From assembly GCA_000320545.1 (NCBI GenBank), contig ADNK01001965.1, forward strand, positions 62,001 through 126,000: 64,000 bases of DNA, given 5' to 3'. Under the pieces are notes generated by a model that searched no databases, was not told the DNA's origin, and saw only the letters and a list, made by a program, of their open reading frames with translations. Below, one piece after another: positions 1 through 14,124 of this stretch. The position numbers were made by a program, and so were the translations under genes. Every line of letters starts with the position of its first letter. Positions within the stretch are counted from its first letter, which is position 1. This stretch comes from Bigelowiella natans CCMP2755. Lineage: Eukaryota > Protista > Cercozoa.

Positions 1-102
1 AAACGCTTCTGGAAGTCCACAATGAGGCCTGTGTAGGTTTCGTAGCTGCTGCTCATGCAGATTCATTTTTCTCGCTACGTCACGTCCCTTCGTAGTTTAA
101 CA

Positions 103-488
103 TCATTCTTCGCTCACATCGTCCTCATTGCCATATGGGTTTCCATCTCTAATTTTGCCTTTTTCAACTTTGAAGGTGTAGCTTAGCCCAGACCCCTTCC
201 ATAGATTAAGGTCAAAAGTATCCAGATCTTTTGCCTCAGGATTGTCGAAGGAGCGACCGGTCAGTCGCTCACACGCCACAGTGTTGCCGATGGTTAAGGG
301 TGCATGTGTTGAGCATACTCGTTCACCATCACCCCCCTTCAGCGTACACATGTATGCTGTTCCATCGCCAACCACTGTCGCGACGCCGTCGTTTCTGCTC
401 ATCGACGAGCAGGGAAAAGACGGAGGGAGGGAACGAAGTTAAACCGAGTCCAATGTTAACAAGAAAAGTAACTTCTTTCTCTCCCCAC

Positions 489-527
<39 letters not shown>

Positions 528-952
528 CGTAAAACGTGTGCATTCATTCCATCTCTTCTTAATCCCCCCCCCCTCTCTCCCTCTCTCTCTCTCTCTCTTC
601 GTAAAATATGCATTTATTTGATCCTTCTCTCTAATTTCTTTCTGATTTCTGCTTTCTCCTTATTCCCTAGGCACTTTGCCTTCCTCCACAGTTACTACCC
701 GATAAGAAGCGCAGTTTCCTGGTCTACGCCAATGCCCCTCACGTCAGCGTCATTGGGGATATATCCGTCGTATTTGTTCTGGATGCGTGCGAGAAACACC
801 ACGAGACGGCCCATACGGTCGCGTACTTTGAAGTGTGTGTCTGAAATGGGAAAAAGGAAGAAAGGAAGAGAGGAAGAGAGGGAGGAGGAGGAGGAGGAGG
901 AGGAGGAGGAGGAGCGAGAGGAGGAGGAAAGTATACACTTACACTTACAAAC

Positions 953-988
<36 letters not shown>

Positions 989-1691
989 TCCCACCCTCTC
1001 TAAGCAAGTTCCACAGTAGTAGCTAGCTAGTACTACTCCGCACCCGTGACGACGGTTTGGCTCTCGAGGTGGGTGTCAACCAAACTCATCTTGGGTACTA
1101 TGGATCCATTTATGTTCTCATCGTAGGGATCTTCTAACGCCTCAGATGAGATGGCACTCCCATATTGGCCTGGGGAATAATTGCATGAGGGGGTATAATG
1201 ACGACCAGGAGAAATAAAGAATGAAACGCATAGCAATGGGAGGAAGAAAGTGTGAAAGGAATGATCTTCATCCACATAACCCACATCGCTCAACCGCCTT
1301 TGTCGTAGTCCTCTCCCACCACCACCCCTCCATTATCATCATCATCATCATCATCATCGTTATCTATACTAAATGTTACCGGTATAGATATAGTCCCCTT
1401 GAATAGCGCAACCAGCAGATGTCCCTCCAATACTCACATTTCGGACTACCCTTGACGCCTCCAGCTCTGCTTCGAGTGCTGTTCCTTGGATGTCACCATC
1501 ATCATCATGCAAGAGTAATCAGAGGATGGAGGGAACAAAGAATGAGCTCTCTCTTTCCCTCTTTCTCCCTTTCTCTCTCTCCCTCTCCATCCATCCATCC
1601 ATCTATCTTTCTTGGGATAGAGTCAAACGAGTCGCACAACACTCACCACCACCCACATGCACCAAATATCCAGGGGATACAGCTTTCTACA

Positions 1692-1760
<69 letters not shown>

Positions 1761-2052
1761 TTCTCTTTTTCTCTTTAGATATATCTTCTATGAGCAGCAC
1801 CCCACCTGCAATACGGTCGATGTACTTGCTTTGGTCGCCACCTGCGAAGAAGATGGCCTCTGCTTCTTGCACATATCGTAGCACCGATGGATCATTGGCT
1901 GATGATATCATTCATTTATTTATTTTGTACCACAAGTAGAGAGGAGAGAAGGGAGTAAATCAATAGTTAGTTGAGCATCAAGTCAAAATCAATAGATGAT
2001 TACTCGATGACATTGTCGGCCAATGGTTACTGCACATCACCATCACCATCAC

Positions 2053-2085
<33 letters not shown>

Positions 2086-3382
2086 AATCATACTAACTAA
2101 TATGCACCTGCATCCCGTGAATTCAGGATAAGTGTAGCCACTGTACGAGCGCCACCAAAGGCCTTTATGTACTCATTGTATGCATCGGTTCCTGACTCGC
2201 GCAACACGAGAAAATCTCCCCCATCTGAGCGAGAAAGCTGCCATTTGAATGCTGCATCTACGTCGGAGCCGCCTCCCATTAGGACTGTCCCACCCTTGTG
2301 TTTTTATTGTTATTATTATTATCATTATTATTATTATTATAATTCCAACTAAATTGTCATGTGCTATGTTTTCACGAAGTAAGTTGTTATGGTTTGGCCT
2401 GGTGCTGCTGCTGCTACTGTGTAGGTTAGAGAAATGGCGGAAAGAACGAATGGTACGCTCGTGAAAATATGAGCTTCTCGTTGTTTTATCGGGCATGCAA
2501 TGCAAAGCAATGGCAATGATGCAGTGCAATACAATGCAATGGTGCCGATGATTGATCAACCCGTTGATTGATAGTGTGGTACTACTACTACTACTACTAC
2601 TACTACTACCATTATCATTGGAGCTAACACTAACTCAAACTACTATATATACCATTGTGTTTCTTGTGTCCTCGTCAGGTCTCTTGCACTCGTGAGAAGG
2701 GATACAGTAATAGTCGAATATGCCGTCATTCCCAGACTCATGGAACACACCATTTTCTTGTTTGTCGGAAACATTAATTTTACTGCCATTAGTACTAGAA
2801 GCAGTGCTTGTGCTGACGCCGCCGCCGCTGCTGCTTTTTTGAGGCCTTGAGGTTGGACGAACATGACGGTGTCCTATTCCCCCTCTTATAGTAAAGATAG
2901 AGTACATGTATGAGTGCTGCATAAAAACGATTATGTATAATTCACCATGCAAATACATATAGACTGTAACGGTATGCGCCTCATTTCACATACGGGAAAG
3001 ATTCTAGAATTTCGGCCGCAAACTGGCTGGATTGTAACATCTAAATTAAGGGAAGGGATGGGAGAAGAAAAAGACATTAGTTGTAATTGTGGTAGTCGTC
3101 GTCATTATCGATGTCGTAATGAATCTTGTTATTACTTCCTTCTTCACAAATGTAATTCTAAGAGTACTAACGCACATGTTAAATTGCTATCCTTTAAACA
3201 AAAAAATGGAGAATTTACAATTCTTTCAAATTTTATTGGTGATGCTTCCTAGCTATGGAAAAGCATAATCCTGATGTAATATTATACGACGATAAAACAC
3301 GACTATCAACTACATCCTACATATTCAGCTATCTAGAAAATCTTTTATTCCCATAATTGTGTGTGTGTGTGTGTGTGTGTGC

Positions 3383-3436
<54 letters not shown>

Positions 3437-4202
3437 TCAAGGAGGGAGAAAGGAAAAAAACAAAGCATGATGCAGTCTACTACTACCCCGCATCCTGAAT
3501 GGCCTACGTTTGGGATGGAGCGCAACGTGTGAACACTGTCGTTGCCATAGAATTCCCGTATGTGTTGGACGTATGCGTGCTGTGCGGGGTAGTAGAAATA
3601 ATAGCAGTATTAGTTGTTGTATTTATTTGTTTATCAGGTGGACATATTATGTGACACAAAATATACAACATCGCCATCATGTAGGATGCCTCAATAAACT
3701 ACTGGTAGTAGGTCTAGACGTCGTCGAGGAAACAAACAAAACAACGTGTATATATATCATTGCGTTGCTACCATACGCTCCATGCGACAATATCCCTGTA
3801 AATAGGCCTCGCAGGAGTGATCTAGGCCGCCGTCATACGGGTCACACCCAGTGGTGCATTCATGCTCCGCCATGTACCTGCATTATCATTATTATCAGAA
3901 CGGCGTGTGTGTGTGTGTGTGTGTATGTGTGTGTGTGTTCCGTATTGCATCATCCTGCTACTTATTTATGTAAATATGCATGCATGTATGTATGTATGTA
4001 TGTATGTATGGACGTGTGCGCGCTACTACTATGTACGCATGTATGTACGCATGTATATATGTATGTATACTTTAAGGATGAAAAAGAAAAAAAGTAACAC
4101 GAGTGGTGGAGTAAATATAGACGATAGACGATAGCGTCGACCTCATCCCCCCCCCCCCCCCGCTTCCTCCCTCCAGCTTCAATCGATCATCAGTAAATGC
4201 GT

Positions 4203-4235
<33 letters not shown>

Positions 4236-4664
4236 TTTGACCACCTGTGGTCACATACGTCAGCCTCCCCGGAAAGATATACGACGTTTCTGGCTGCATA
4301 GAGGCGCAAGACTCTGTCTATGGGAAAGCTACTACTTTGGAGGTAGCTTGGTTTGCTTCCCTCCAGTCCGTACCCGTAGGCGTTGTAAGTTTTAAGGCAT
4401 GATGATGATAGGGAGGCGGAGGAGGAGGATGTTGGGGATGAGTAATTCCACCACCCATCCTCCTGCTTCTTGCTATCATCATCCAGAGCCATCTTCACGG
4501 AAAGGGGGACCTCAAAGGCAAACTTGGTGTGAAGAAGAGTCGAATTCTCGCAGAATTTACACCGCAATGTGCCGCGAGCGGGTAGCCGAGGCCTTTTCTT
4601 GTCGAGGTATACCATTGAAGAAGGATTGGCGATGTAGTAGTCTACCTGAGAAAATAGAAGAGAG

Positions 4665-4702
<38 letters not shown>

Positions 4703-5763
4703 ACCAAGACTGCTTCACTCTAATATTCGGCAAGATTTTCTTGAAAATCTGGACAACCAACCTTTAGCATGCGTTGGCGCATACCGAGCAGTGTTCCCGA
4801 TGCTGCCGGCGACTCTCTTGGTAGCACTATCCTAGAGAAAAGTGCTAGTCGTTGCACGGTTTGGCCACCGGCAGAATGACCGGCTATCAGAACTCGATGC
4901 AAATTAGGGTATAGACGCTCGTCGCCCAACGTGGTCACCATCTTGTCTAGAACCTGATGAATAATCAAGATTATTAACTACTGCCTTTAAGTCTCTTTTG
5001 TCTCTGTCGTCTTCGTCGTGTATTCTATTCTTGTAACCCTAGCTATCTATCTATACGCGAACTCCATTAGCAGCACGGAGCAAGGACCTCGAAGCTTGAC
5101 ATTGTCGCCCCTAGAGAGGCGCTAGAATTGCCTCCCCAATTCCAGGGAAAACTCCCTTTGGAATCATCATCCCAGTACATTTCTTGTTCTCGGTCTAGGC
5201 CTTTGTCTGTTTCATGATAAAACTGTGGACCGAATATCAGCACCTTCTCAGGCGCTATCGATCCGGAAAGCTTGCTAATGGCTCCTGCCATGTATTGTGT
5301 GTATTCATCACCATTACGAGCTGCTCCATGTTGAACAATGATTGCAATTTCCGCTGATTTTTGTGGCTCTCCTAGTGCAGCTTGACCGATCGGATGCCAG
5401 ATAGGGAAGGCGTTGTGCTAATGATAGTTTGGGAGAGAAGAACGATGACGACGACATGTTGGAACATGTGGATGACAATAGTGAGAATCACGTGGTGAAT
5501 TATGGTACACCGTTCTTTTTGGGTAGTGCATTTAGCGAAACAGTGACGATTCTGTATCTTCCTGTGTGTGCAATTTGTTGATGCAGCAGCAATACCGTCG
5601 GAAGCAAATGGAGGTGCGACTTTCGTACTTGCGCCGTCTTGAGACACTGCGCGTCACCGTGCGTGCACCACTCGCACTTTGCTACATCTTGGGTCAAACC
5701 TTGGCCCACCTCTCCACCCGAAGGCAACAGAAGCAGAGGCGAAAACAAGAAGAGTCGCAGCAT
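103..5763 (-). CDS. Multi-exon fusion: signal peptide + alpha/beta-hydrolase + S/T/G linker + cyanophycinase-like peptidase (S51)
   Basis: N-terminus MLRLFLFSPLLLLPSG. Hydrolase motifs IVQHGAARN, VLIAGHSAGGQTVQR, LDHSCEAYLQG and NVGHSGCG. Linking exons 2994-3040 and 2653-2884 join in phase with GT-AG ends. S51 motifs VLMGGGSD, IFFAGGDQ, GGTSAG (about 1410-1430), DTHFKVRDRMGRL and GIGVDQETAL. Stop at 103-105. Confidence 0.8.
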
Positions 5764-6667
5764 GGACAATGGAGGAGGGTGTTGAGGGATGGACAGTCGG
5801 CAAGAATCTCGAAGAAATCCGTCCTCATTTGAGTCTCTGCGACAATATATATCGACAGAATTTCCAAGAAATTCCGTCTCATTTTTATCTCTGCGACCGT
5901 GTCCATCGATTTGCAAGTGTCGTCATGCGAGGCACTGCGTTTCATGTTTTGCAAATGTGGGACGGACGCATCATAGACACGTAATACCATGTATCTGTCA
6001 TACGCAATGAAGTGATTGAACCTTTTCAATAGTCATACTAACATAGCTATGCAAAGCAGCGGCTACAGCGCTTAGGTTGTGCAAATGTCTTGCAACATTT
6101 TGGAAATGTCTGATGTGGTCCATCATCAAGATGATCTGTGCGTGTGTGCCAGCATGGAATGCTGCTGCCTTCACTGTCTAGCTGTGCTAGCCGATGCACA
6201 TCTTGTCCCCATTGACTCTAGCACTGCTACATACACTGCATCGTACACATCTAGACATGCTAGCATGTTTCAATCACATTTGCATGCATGCTAGCTAGCT
6301 AGAGCTAGCGTGAGACATGTTGCATGGTGTCTGCATGGTCCACGTACACATCACGCACATGCATGGATGCATGTTGTTATTCGTATGCTGTGGATGATGT
6401 CATGATAACTAGATAAATGTGAAGGTCACGGATGACAACCTCTTAAGTGTTTTCATCTGTCCTTTCTGTCATGCATGCATTCGACAATGAGCAGCTTGCG
6501 ATGAACGTTTGTTTACATCCACTTTCACTCTCACTCGACGTAAGTAGCAACAGTAGTAGTGGTAGTGGTAGTAGTAGCAATTTGTACATGTCTCTAGTTG
6601 TCTGAATTGTCACAGAGCAGCTTGCACTGCTAGACTGCTGCTCCTGCCGCCTTCGAGTACTCCTAGT

Positions 6668-7519
6668 TTAATTCATTAATTCATAAGTACTGTTGTCCTC
6701 TCCACATGATAATGAGGAGCTACAACTGCTACTACTACTGGCACTACTGCTGCTTTTGCTAGTGTCCACATTGTCTTCTTCCTCCTCCTTGGCAGCAACA
6801 ATAGCAGCATTGCTACCAGCATACGATGCGTATCCAGCAACAATCTTCAGTAGATGTGAGAGCAGTCCTATGTCCACCACACAGCAAGCACGCACACACA
6901 ACCATATCAAATGTTAGAGACACTTCCTCATACAGGAACCAGACTCTTCCCCCTCCCCCTCTTATTACTACTACTGGCCGCATACACATCCTTCTTACCG
7001 CTACCGTTTTCTCTACTTTGAGGAGGAATAGTACCTAAATCGTGCTGCAACACGAGCAATGCCTTCAGCGTTCGCTTCTGTAAGGAGTTATCGATGGTGG
7101 CTCGCGTGACCTCATCAATAGCGTTCTGGAGAAAGAGATAAATACGTCAGATTGGCTCGTCGCCCTTGTTAATTCATAGTATTATATATTGCATTGCTCG
7201 CTTGAGTAGCGTATTCATCGACACCATCGTCGTTGTTTTGGGTTTCAAGCTCTTGTAGCTGCTACCTTGTAGGCCATGCTCTCTAAGTGAGGGTTATCCC
7301 CAGCCTGTAATAGGTATCTAAAGAGGAGGATAGCAGGAAGAAGCAAAGTACGTGTGAGTGCCGTGACCAGTGGTTAGAGGGGGGGAGAGGGATCATAGAG
7401 CTAGAATCCAGCAAACTCGTAGTATCACGACGACTGCACAACAAATAACATGCTTTCCTCCTCATGCATGCACGGAATGGGTGGTCTGCTCAGCGAAGGT
7501 GGCGCATATACGCTTCCTA

Positions 7520-7553
<34 letters not shown>

Positions 7554-8245
7554 AACTATTACCACTACTATCGAACACATAATACCTGACAATCTTCGTC
7601 CGTTTATACGCCACAGCATGGAATAACGCTGCATCAAACTTGCCGTCGCCGCCTTCTTGGACTGAGCGCATCAGATATATGGTGATAGATAGTCAGTGTA
7701 CTACATCCATCATCGAGAAATGAAAGAGAGTAGTAGGGAGAGAGACGGGGGAGTCAAAAGGAGAGGAGAGATTTCACTATGATCAATCATTATTAGATAC
7801 TTCATTTTTTCCTTTCTCTTCTCTCGCTCCTACCCCCCCCCCCCCCTACTTCTATTTCTCAATGCTAGGTGCGAAAAGGCTCTTTTGTTGCGCTGCTGCG
7901 ACAATGGGACTAGTACCAGTTTTGTCGTCCTCCTCTTCCTCATCCTTCTCCTCGTCGTCACTAACCCCCCCCCCCCTGTTATTGATGTGGTTCGACACGC
8001 TGCTACCGCACTTGCCCTTCTTGCCATCCCGCTGGTGTTGTTTGCTCTTGTTCTTCATCAACAGCTTGCTATTTATCACTAGAGGCGCCTTGTTCTCAAC
8101 GAGAGCTTTCACCGTGCACAAGTGCGTGGACTCGCACGTGGCAAATAATACGGGTGTGCCTTTGTCATCCGTCTCGATTGCACTCGCATGGCCTTAGGAG
8201 GAGGAGGAGGAGTCATCGATGGAAATATTAGCAATGTTTTCCTCT

Positions 8246-8290
<45 letters not shown>

Positions 8291-9061
8291 CTTCCCTGGT
8301 GGTACGTGTTGCACGCATACAATGCATCCTTGTAATTTGCTGCTACAGCTGCTACTACTACTCCCTACCAACAACAACAACTGCTAGTGCTACCACTACT
8401 ACTCCTACTCCAACGACCACGACTACTACCATTTTCGAAGAGCCATTTAAGCATACCGAGGTTGCCGTACGTGCTGGCCACGTAGCTTGGGGTTTTCCCC
8501 TGACAATCTTTGATCACGGGGTCGTTCCCCCTCTCCACCAGGAGCTTGGCAGTGTCGAGGCTCATGTGCGAGTGGGAGCACTTGGCGGCTAAGTGCAGGC
8601 AGGATTCGCCTGCTAGGCTGAGGTCGTTGATGTTTGCCTTGTTGTCGAGCAAACATTTGACCACGCTTTCACATCCGAGCCACGAGGCCCACAAGAGAGG
8701 CGTGAGGTTGCAGATGCTCATGGCTCCTATGGCGGCCTTGCGCTCTATCAGCAGCTCGACGGCCTCCAGGTGGTTGCACGAAGCTGCAAGCATTAGGGGG
8801 GTTCTTCCCACGGAATCTCGCACCGAGACGCCGCCGCCCTAAGTAAGAAGAATACGAACGCGTTTTAGGTGCGAGGTACGATGGTGATGATGACGATGTC
8901 ATAGTGGGGGTGATGATGGCGATGAGAACGTAACTTCTCGGCAGATATCAAAACATCCCATCATTGAATTAATCATTATTAGTTGCTAGAGGTAACAATC
9001 ATGGCGATCATCAAGTGTGTGTTCTAGTGTAAAATGAATTTCTTTCGACATCTCTTTCTTA

Positions 9062-9101
<40 letters not shown>

Positions 9102-9487
9102 TCTCTCACCAGTCTATTATCGAGCAGCCATCGTAAGATCTTGGAAGAACCAGCTTTTGCGGCCATGAGAACTACCCCGTGCCCGTTTATATCCTTCGCA
9201 TTAACGTCGGCCTTTTTCTTTACGAGCCACTCGGCTGTGTGGTGCTGGCTCCCAGCAATCGCTACCAAAAGCGGTGTCTGGCCAGAAGTGTTCCGTTGCT
9301 AATCATGTGCATTTAAAGGCAGTAACAGAAACGCCAGATATCAATTCATTGCCACCGTATGTACCGGGAGCGAATCGGAAGTAGTGGAGACAAAAACAAG
9401 TTAAAGACCCATACAAACAATGATATACATGGATGATATTATATCATTATCCGCAGGATTCGCGCGTGTTGTGTAGTGCGCGCGTGC

Positions 9488-9528
<41 letters not shown>

Positions 9529-10099
9529 CCACTGGATGTATAACTAACTACAGCGCCCACCTCGATGGACGCCGGGTTTCTATCCAGCAGCCACTGCAAA
9601 CACCAAAGGCTACCCTCTTTTGCAGCCGATAGAATCTGCCAGAAAGAGTAATCACAACCACCACTATCATCATCAGCATCACGGTCATCATGAGGTGTCT
9701 TCGGGTTCAATTCTTTTTTCCTTAAAATTAAAAAAAAAAAAGGTGACAAATACTATCATTATCATCGTTGTCATTATCGTTGTCCATTCGAACCAGCGTG
9801 TTTCCGCCGGCGTCCGCGCTATCAGCACCGCCCATAGCCACAAGCTCTCGTGCGACCCTGAGGTTATCGTTGACCACAGCGTAGTGCAGTGCCGAGCATC
9901 CGTCGATGGTTGTCGCGCTCACAGAGTCGTGGCAGTGCCGAGCCACCTGGTCGGTGGGTTAGGGGGGGGGGGGGGGGGGTGTCATAGTCTTTTTCTAAGT
10001 CTATAAGTCATCGTCATCATCCCCATCATCCTCGTCGTCATGTTTGAACGAATCATCATGCGGAGTGTTATCCGTCATCATCGGCATGCCGCAACTACA

Positions 10100-10187
<88 letters not shown>

Positions 10188-11737
10188 ACATCGCTCATGA
10201 TACCCAGTGCAAGCACTTCAGCGAACCCCCAACTGCCGCACGCATGAAAGCCGTGTGGCGCAGCTGTCGCGTCAGGTTATTGTCCCATGAGCACCCGTGG
10301 TTATGGAGCCACTTGGATATCTTTAGCTCGCTCTGATAAGAGAGGAGCCGCATCATGTATGTGTCAGTCAGTGTGCTGGGCAACGTGTGCGATAATTCTC
10401 AATTCCTCGAATATCATCAGAAGAAGCAGAAAGAGTGAGTGTTGGCCATCATCATTATTATCATGATCATCATGTACGGTACTATGCAGGGATGGCATAT
10501 GGCAAGCACGCGCGTTGTGCGAAGGTGGCGACCAACCTTCTCCAATGCGTAGAATAGCAGAGGCATCAATCCCCATCTCGCGACGGAATCTTCTTGGCAC
10601 TGGTCGTTGTTCTTCTTCTTCTTAGCATCCACATTGTCCGTGCTGCTACTGCTGCTGCTGGTCTTATCTTTAGCTTCGGGTTCTGTTCCCACAACTATTT
10701 CTTTCTTATCGCATTCCTTTGCCTCACTAGACTCCGACTCACGCAGCTTCCTTGCCTCTTCCTGGCTTACTACTACATCGTCCTGCTCCTCCGCCTTATC
10801 GTCGTTTGTGTCGTCTATTCAACCCAGCATAACCCAGAATATGAAGGAGTGAGTGGTGAGACAGGAAAGGGGCGAGAGAGGGGGAGGGACCGGAGAATAT
10901 ACAACATCTATACTCCGAGAAAAGGAAAAGCTAAGCGTACCGTGCACGGGGGAAACAGCAGTGCGATTACTCTTGTTCGGTTGTACGACGTGGAAAATCT
11001 GGTAGGAAGATATGATTGATGATCAGCACGGCAAGGACAATGGCTGACGTGTTAGTGTCCGTGAATGTGGAGCACAACAATTCATCATCATGATGTGGCT
11101 GCTTCCCTTTTTACCGGTGGTTGGGTCAGTGGCGGGATAACCATCTTCCCAATGCGCACTGAATCATCATGATATGCGCCTTGGGAAAGGAGGTACCTGT
11201 TGAAGTTCATAAAAGCAATTATATTCTTATGCAAGCACACATGGCCGGCATTTAATTTAAATGTTATTATTTTTTTATCGGGCGATGATAGTACTCTATG
11301 CATTCGACATGGCCTCCGTACGCAGCGCATGTAAGCGGGCTTTCTGCGTCTTGAGGGGACTGCCGGTTCAAGATTGCCTTCCCTGAATAGGGGGGAGGGG
11401 GATGAAGAAGAAACACTTTTAATCCCTAGACAAACTAAGAAGGGTAGTATATAACAGAAAAGATATCGAGAGTCCAAGACGTTTGCAGATCTTACACTAG
11501 CCTTAACACGAAATCCGGTAAAACTCAGGTATCAATTAGTACCTTCATGGAGCCACTTGACAACTCCCGTGTGGCCAAATCGAGAAGCGCACATGAGAAT
11601 GTCCCTTCCGAACTTATCCGTCAGGCCTATGACCTCCTTGCTAGCATTCTCCATCAGGTGCTGCAGGCACTGAGAAAGTATACATCATCCCATACAGGAG
11701 GAGTCGGTGAAGCTTTAGTATATCACACACAAACACA

Positions 11738-11771
<34 letters not shown>

Positions 11772-13604
11772 AAGAAAGTGTTGTTTTATTGCGGCACATC
11801 TGACCTCCCTGTGTCCGTTCTTCGCAGCTAACAACAAGGCAGAGTCGCCGTTGTTTGACACGACAGAAATGGCCTCCTTCGATTTAGCAACAACTCCTTT
11901 TACATAGTCCAGATGACCATTAGCTGCTGCGTAGTGAAGAACCGTGTGCCCGCTGCAATCTTTACGTGGCGTTAACTTCTCCGTGTTCGAAAAGGCCTGT
12001 CAGTGGGACGTGAAAAAAGATCAAAACATCATATCTACCACCTAGAGGAAAGTACCACTAGTGATAGCATCTCTGCCGATAAGATAATTAGCTCTACGAC
12101 TAAACTAATGATGCTACATCAGAAATGGTCGAAAGATCCCCCTTGTATGCAGCTTCAAAGACGGGATGGCAAAACCTGAAAGCAAAGAAATTCAAACCGG
12201 ATTCCCCTTTTTTTTTTACATTTAGTTTTAGGTTTCTATGGGTACTTTCCGCCGTATTTTTGGAGAAGCCTACAGAGCTTATCTCTATCCCTCGGACACC
12301 TGGTACCATTGGTGGTGAATCCGTTACATCGTGATGGCGTCAAGGCACACTCTGCTGCAAATTTGATGTACGGTCAGACTTACCGTAGGGCACACAGTTG
12401 GATCACACTTCTTTGTGTTTCATCGCATACGTTGGCATTGGCCCTGATTGGAGTACAGCATACGGTAGCACACACGGTTATACACAAACGTACACACACA
12501 TATGGATAAGTATTTAATTTAATATACATGTATATATGTGTAGTATAGTAGGTATTTGTTTATGATATTGTGCACTTAGAAGTTATAATTTTTTTTTTTA
12601 CACAGTCCGAGGTAGTAAGAATACTTACTTCGCTTCAAGTAGTGCTTCTGCTATCTCGAAGTCAGCCAGATTTACCTACAATTCCACTCGTCACAACATT
12701 AACAACTGTTGGACGAACGTGTCGCTACCGCTGCCATAAGCGGCGTGTAACCAGTGTTGTCGCGTCTCTCGAGCGAGTATTGAAGATTTTTGCAAACCAA
12801 AACCTAAAGTTTTAGGATATTCCTTAGAAAGACTAGAAAACATCCTTTGTGTTGTGAGATGTGAGTACCGCTGTATTACTACTACCTTCTTGAGGATGAT
12901 ACGGTCACGGTTCCACGTCAAGTTTTGGATCGCGCAGGTCGTGACATCGGGATCGTTGCTCCGAACAAGTTCTAAACAAACGTCAATCAATGGTGATAGA
13001 TTCACAGGCCAATTTATAGGAGATTTACCTTCTTCAATGTCGTATTTTGGACCCGAGTTAATGTACATCCCAATAATGGACATGTTTCTTTAACCTGCTT
13101 ATTCGAAGCTGCTCCTCGTGCAGGCCTCGTGAGACTGTGAAAAAACGTAACATGATTTAGGTCCATCGAAGCCTTATTTCCCGGCGAAATCTTTGCATCG
13201 TAAATTATCTGAACATATATCCTACGAGCGTGTTCTGGTGTGAATTAATAAAAGAAGGAAGAAAGCGCGACATTGTTTATTTTAACATCTCGCAAAACCC
13301 ATACTGAGCAAGCTCTGTAATTACTAAACGAAATAAATTCATCGATCTTGCCTTTTATACAATTGTCGAGGTAGTTCCCCTTTGGAAGCAGGGGGGGGAC
13401 TGGCTTCCAGAAGCGAAATCGAATGAGTTCTCTTCCAGAAGTTAAGACTTAACGGTAGCGCTGCAGGAAAGACAATTAGAGACCCACATGCATGGAGATT
13501 CTGAACTGCGACAAAATATCTTTATTTGTCGCAATATTTCATTACTCGTTGGTAAATTCGATAAACGTACGTCCCCAACCGAAATGTCGGACCCAGATTC
13601 TCAT
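6668..13604 (-). CDS. Large multi-exon ankyrin-repeat protein (both ends approximate)
   Basis: Many ANK motifs: GHTVLHYAAANGH, GDSALLLAAKNGH, SPLTCAAYGGH, GCSALHYAVVNDN, GRTPLMLAASCNH, GESCLHLAAK. Exons around 10.8-11.2 kb join in phase and link the two ANK blocks. Confidence 0.75.
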
Positions 13605-13920
13605 GCTACGCCTCAAAGAAATTGTTGTCGTAAAGGGTTCGCACGCTGCGTTTAACAGCAAAGTTGGGTTTTCCGAGGGCCAACGTTTTTTAGCGGATCA
13701 ATCCAGATTTGCAGATCCCTGAAAAGCGTCTGGATTTTCGTCATTATTTCACACCAGAGTGCCTTTAGTGTACCTAATTTTTTATCCCTTAAAAAAAAAA
13801 AACAGCTGGGAAACTCGCAGCGTTTTGCTGGAAAGCGCAGGGCATTTTTTTACGCGAAAGAGCACATCGAAGGAGAGCGAAGCTGTTTTCGGTTAAACCC
13901 AGCGTTTTTTACCTGCGACA
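13507..13920. promoter_or_regulatory. Divergent promoter region with three TGCGACA copies
   Basis: Copies at 13507, 13527 (inverted pair) and 13914 between or at head-to-head gene starts. Confidence 0.55.
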
Positions 13921-14124
13921 AATGAGCCTCCATGACGCACATGCACACATAGGAGCAATTGTGCAGTTACCGCAAAACCCTTCGCGAGAGCGCACTTTTC
14001 CTTAAGCGTGCTCTAACAATCTTTTCCACAGCTTCACAGGCGGAAGACCTGCCGAACCACAAGTCAAATTGCGGCGGGCTACTCCTCTCGCCCTTTCATC
14101 ATTAAAGATACAAGGAAGGAAACC

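Noticed and set aside
231-1019. 262-aa plus-strand ORF and many similar ORFs with CVCV, HTHT, SLSL, poly-I or poly-M runs
   Set aside because: Translations of microsatellites, or antisense to real exons.
13090-13604. Possible ubiquitin-like N-terminus on the ankyrin protein (MRIWVR..., GLHEEQLRI)
   Set aside because: I could not join the exons in a consistent frame; similarity is too weak.
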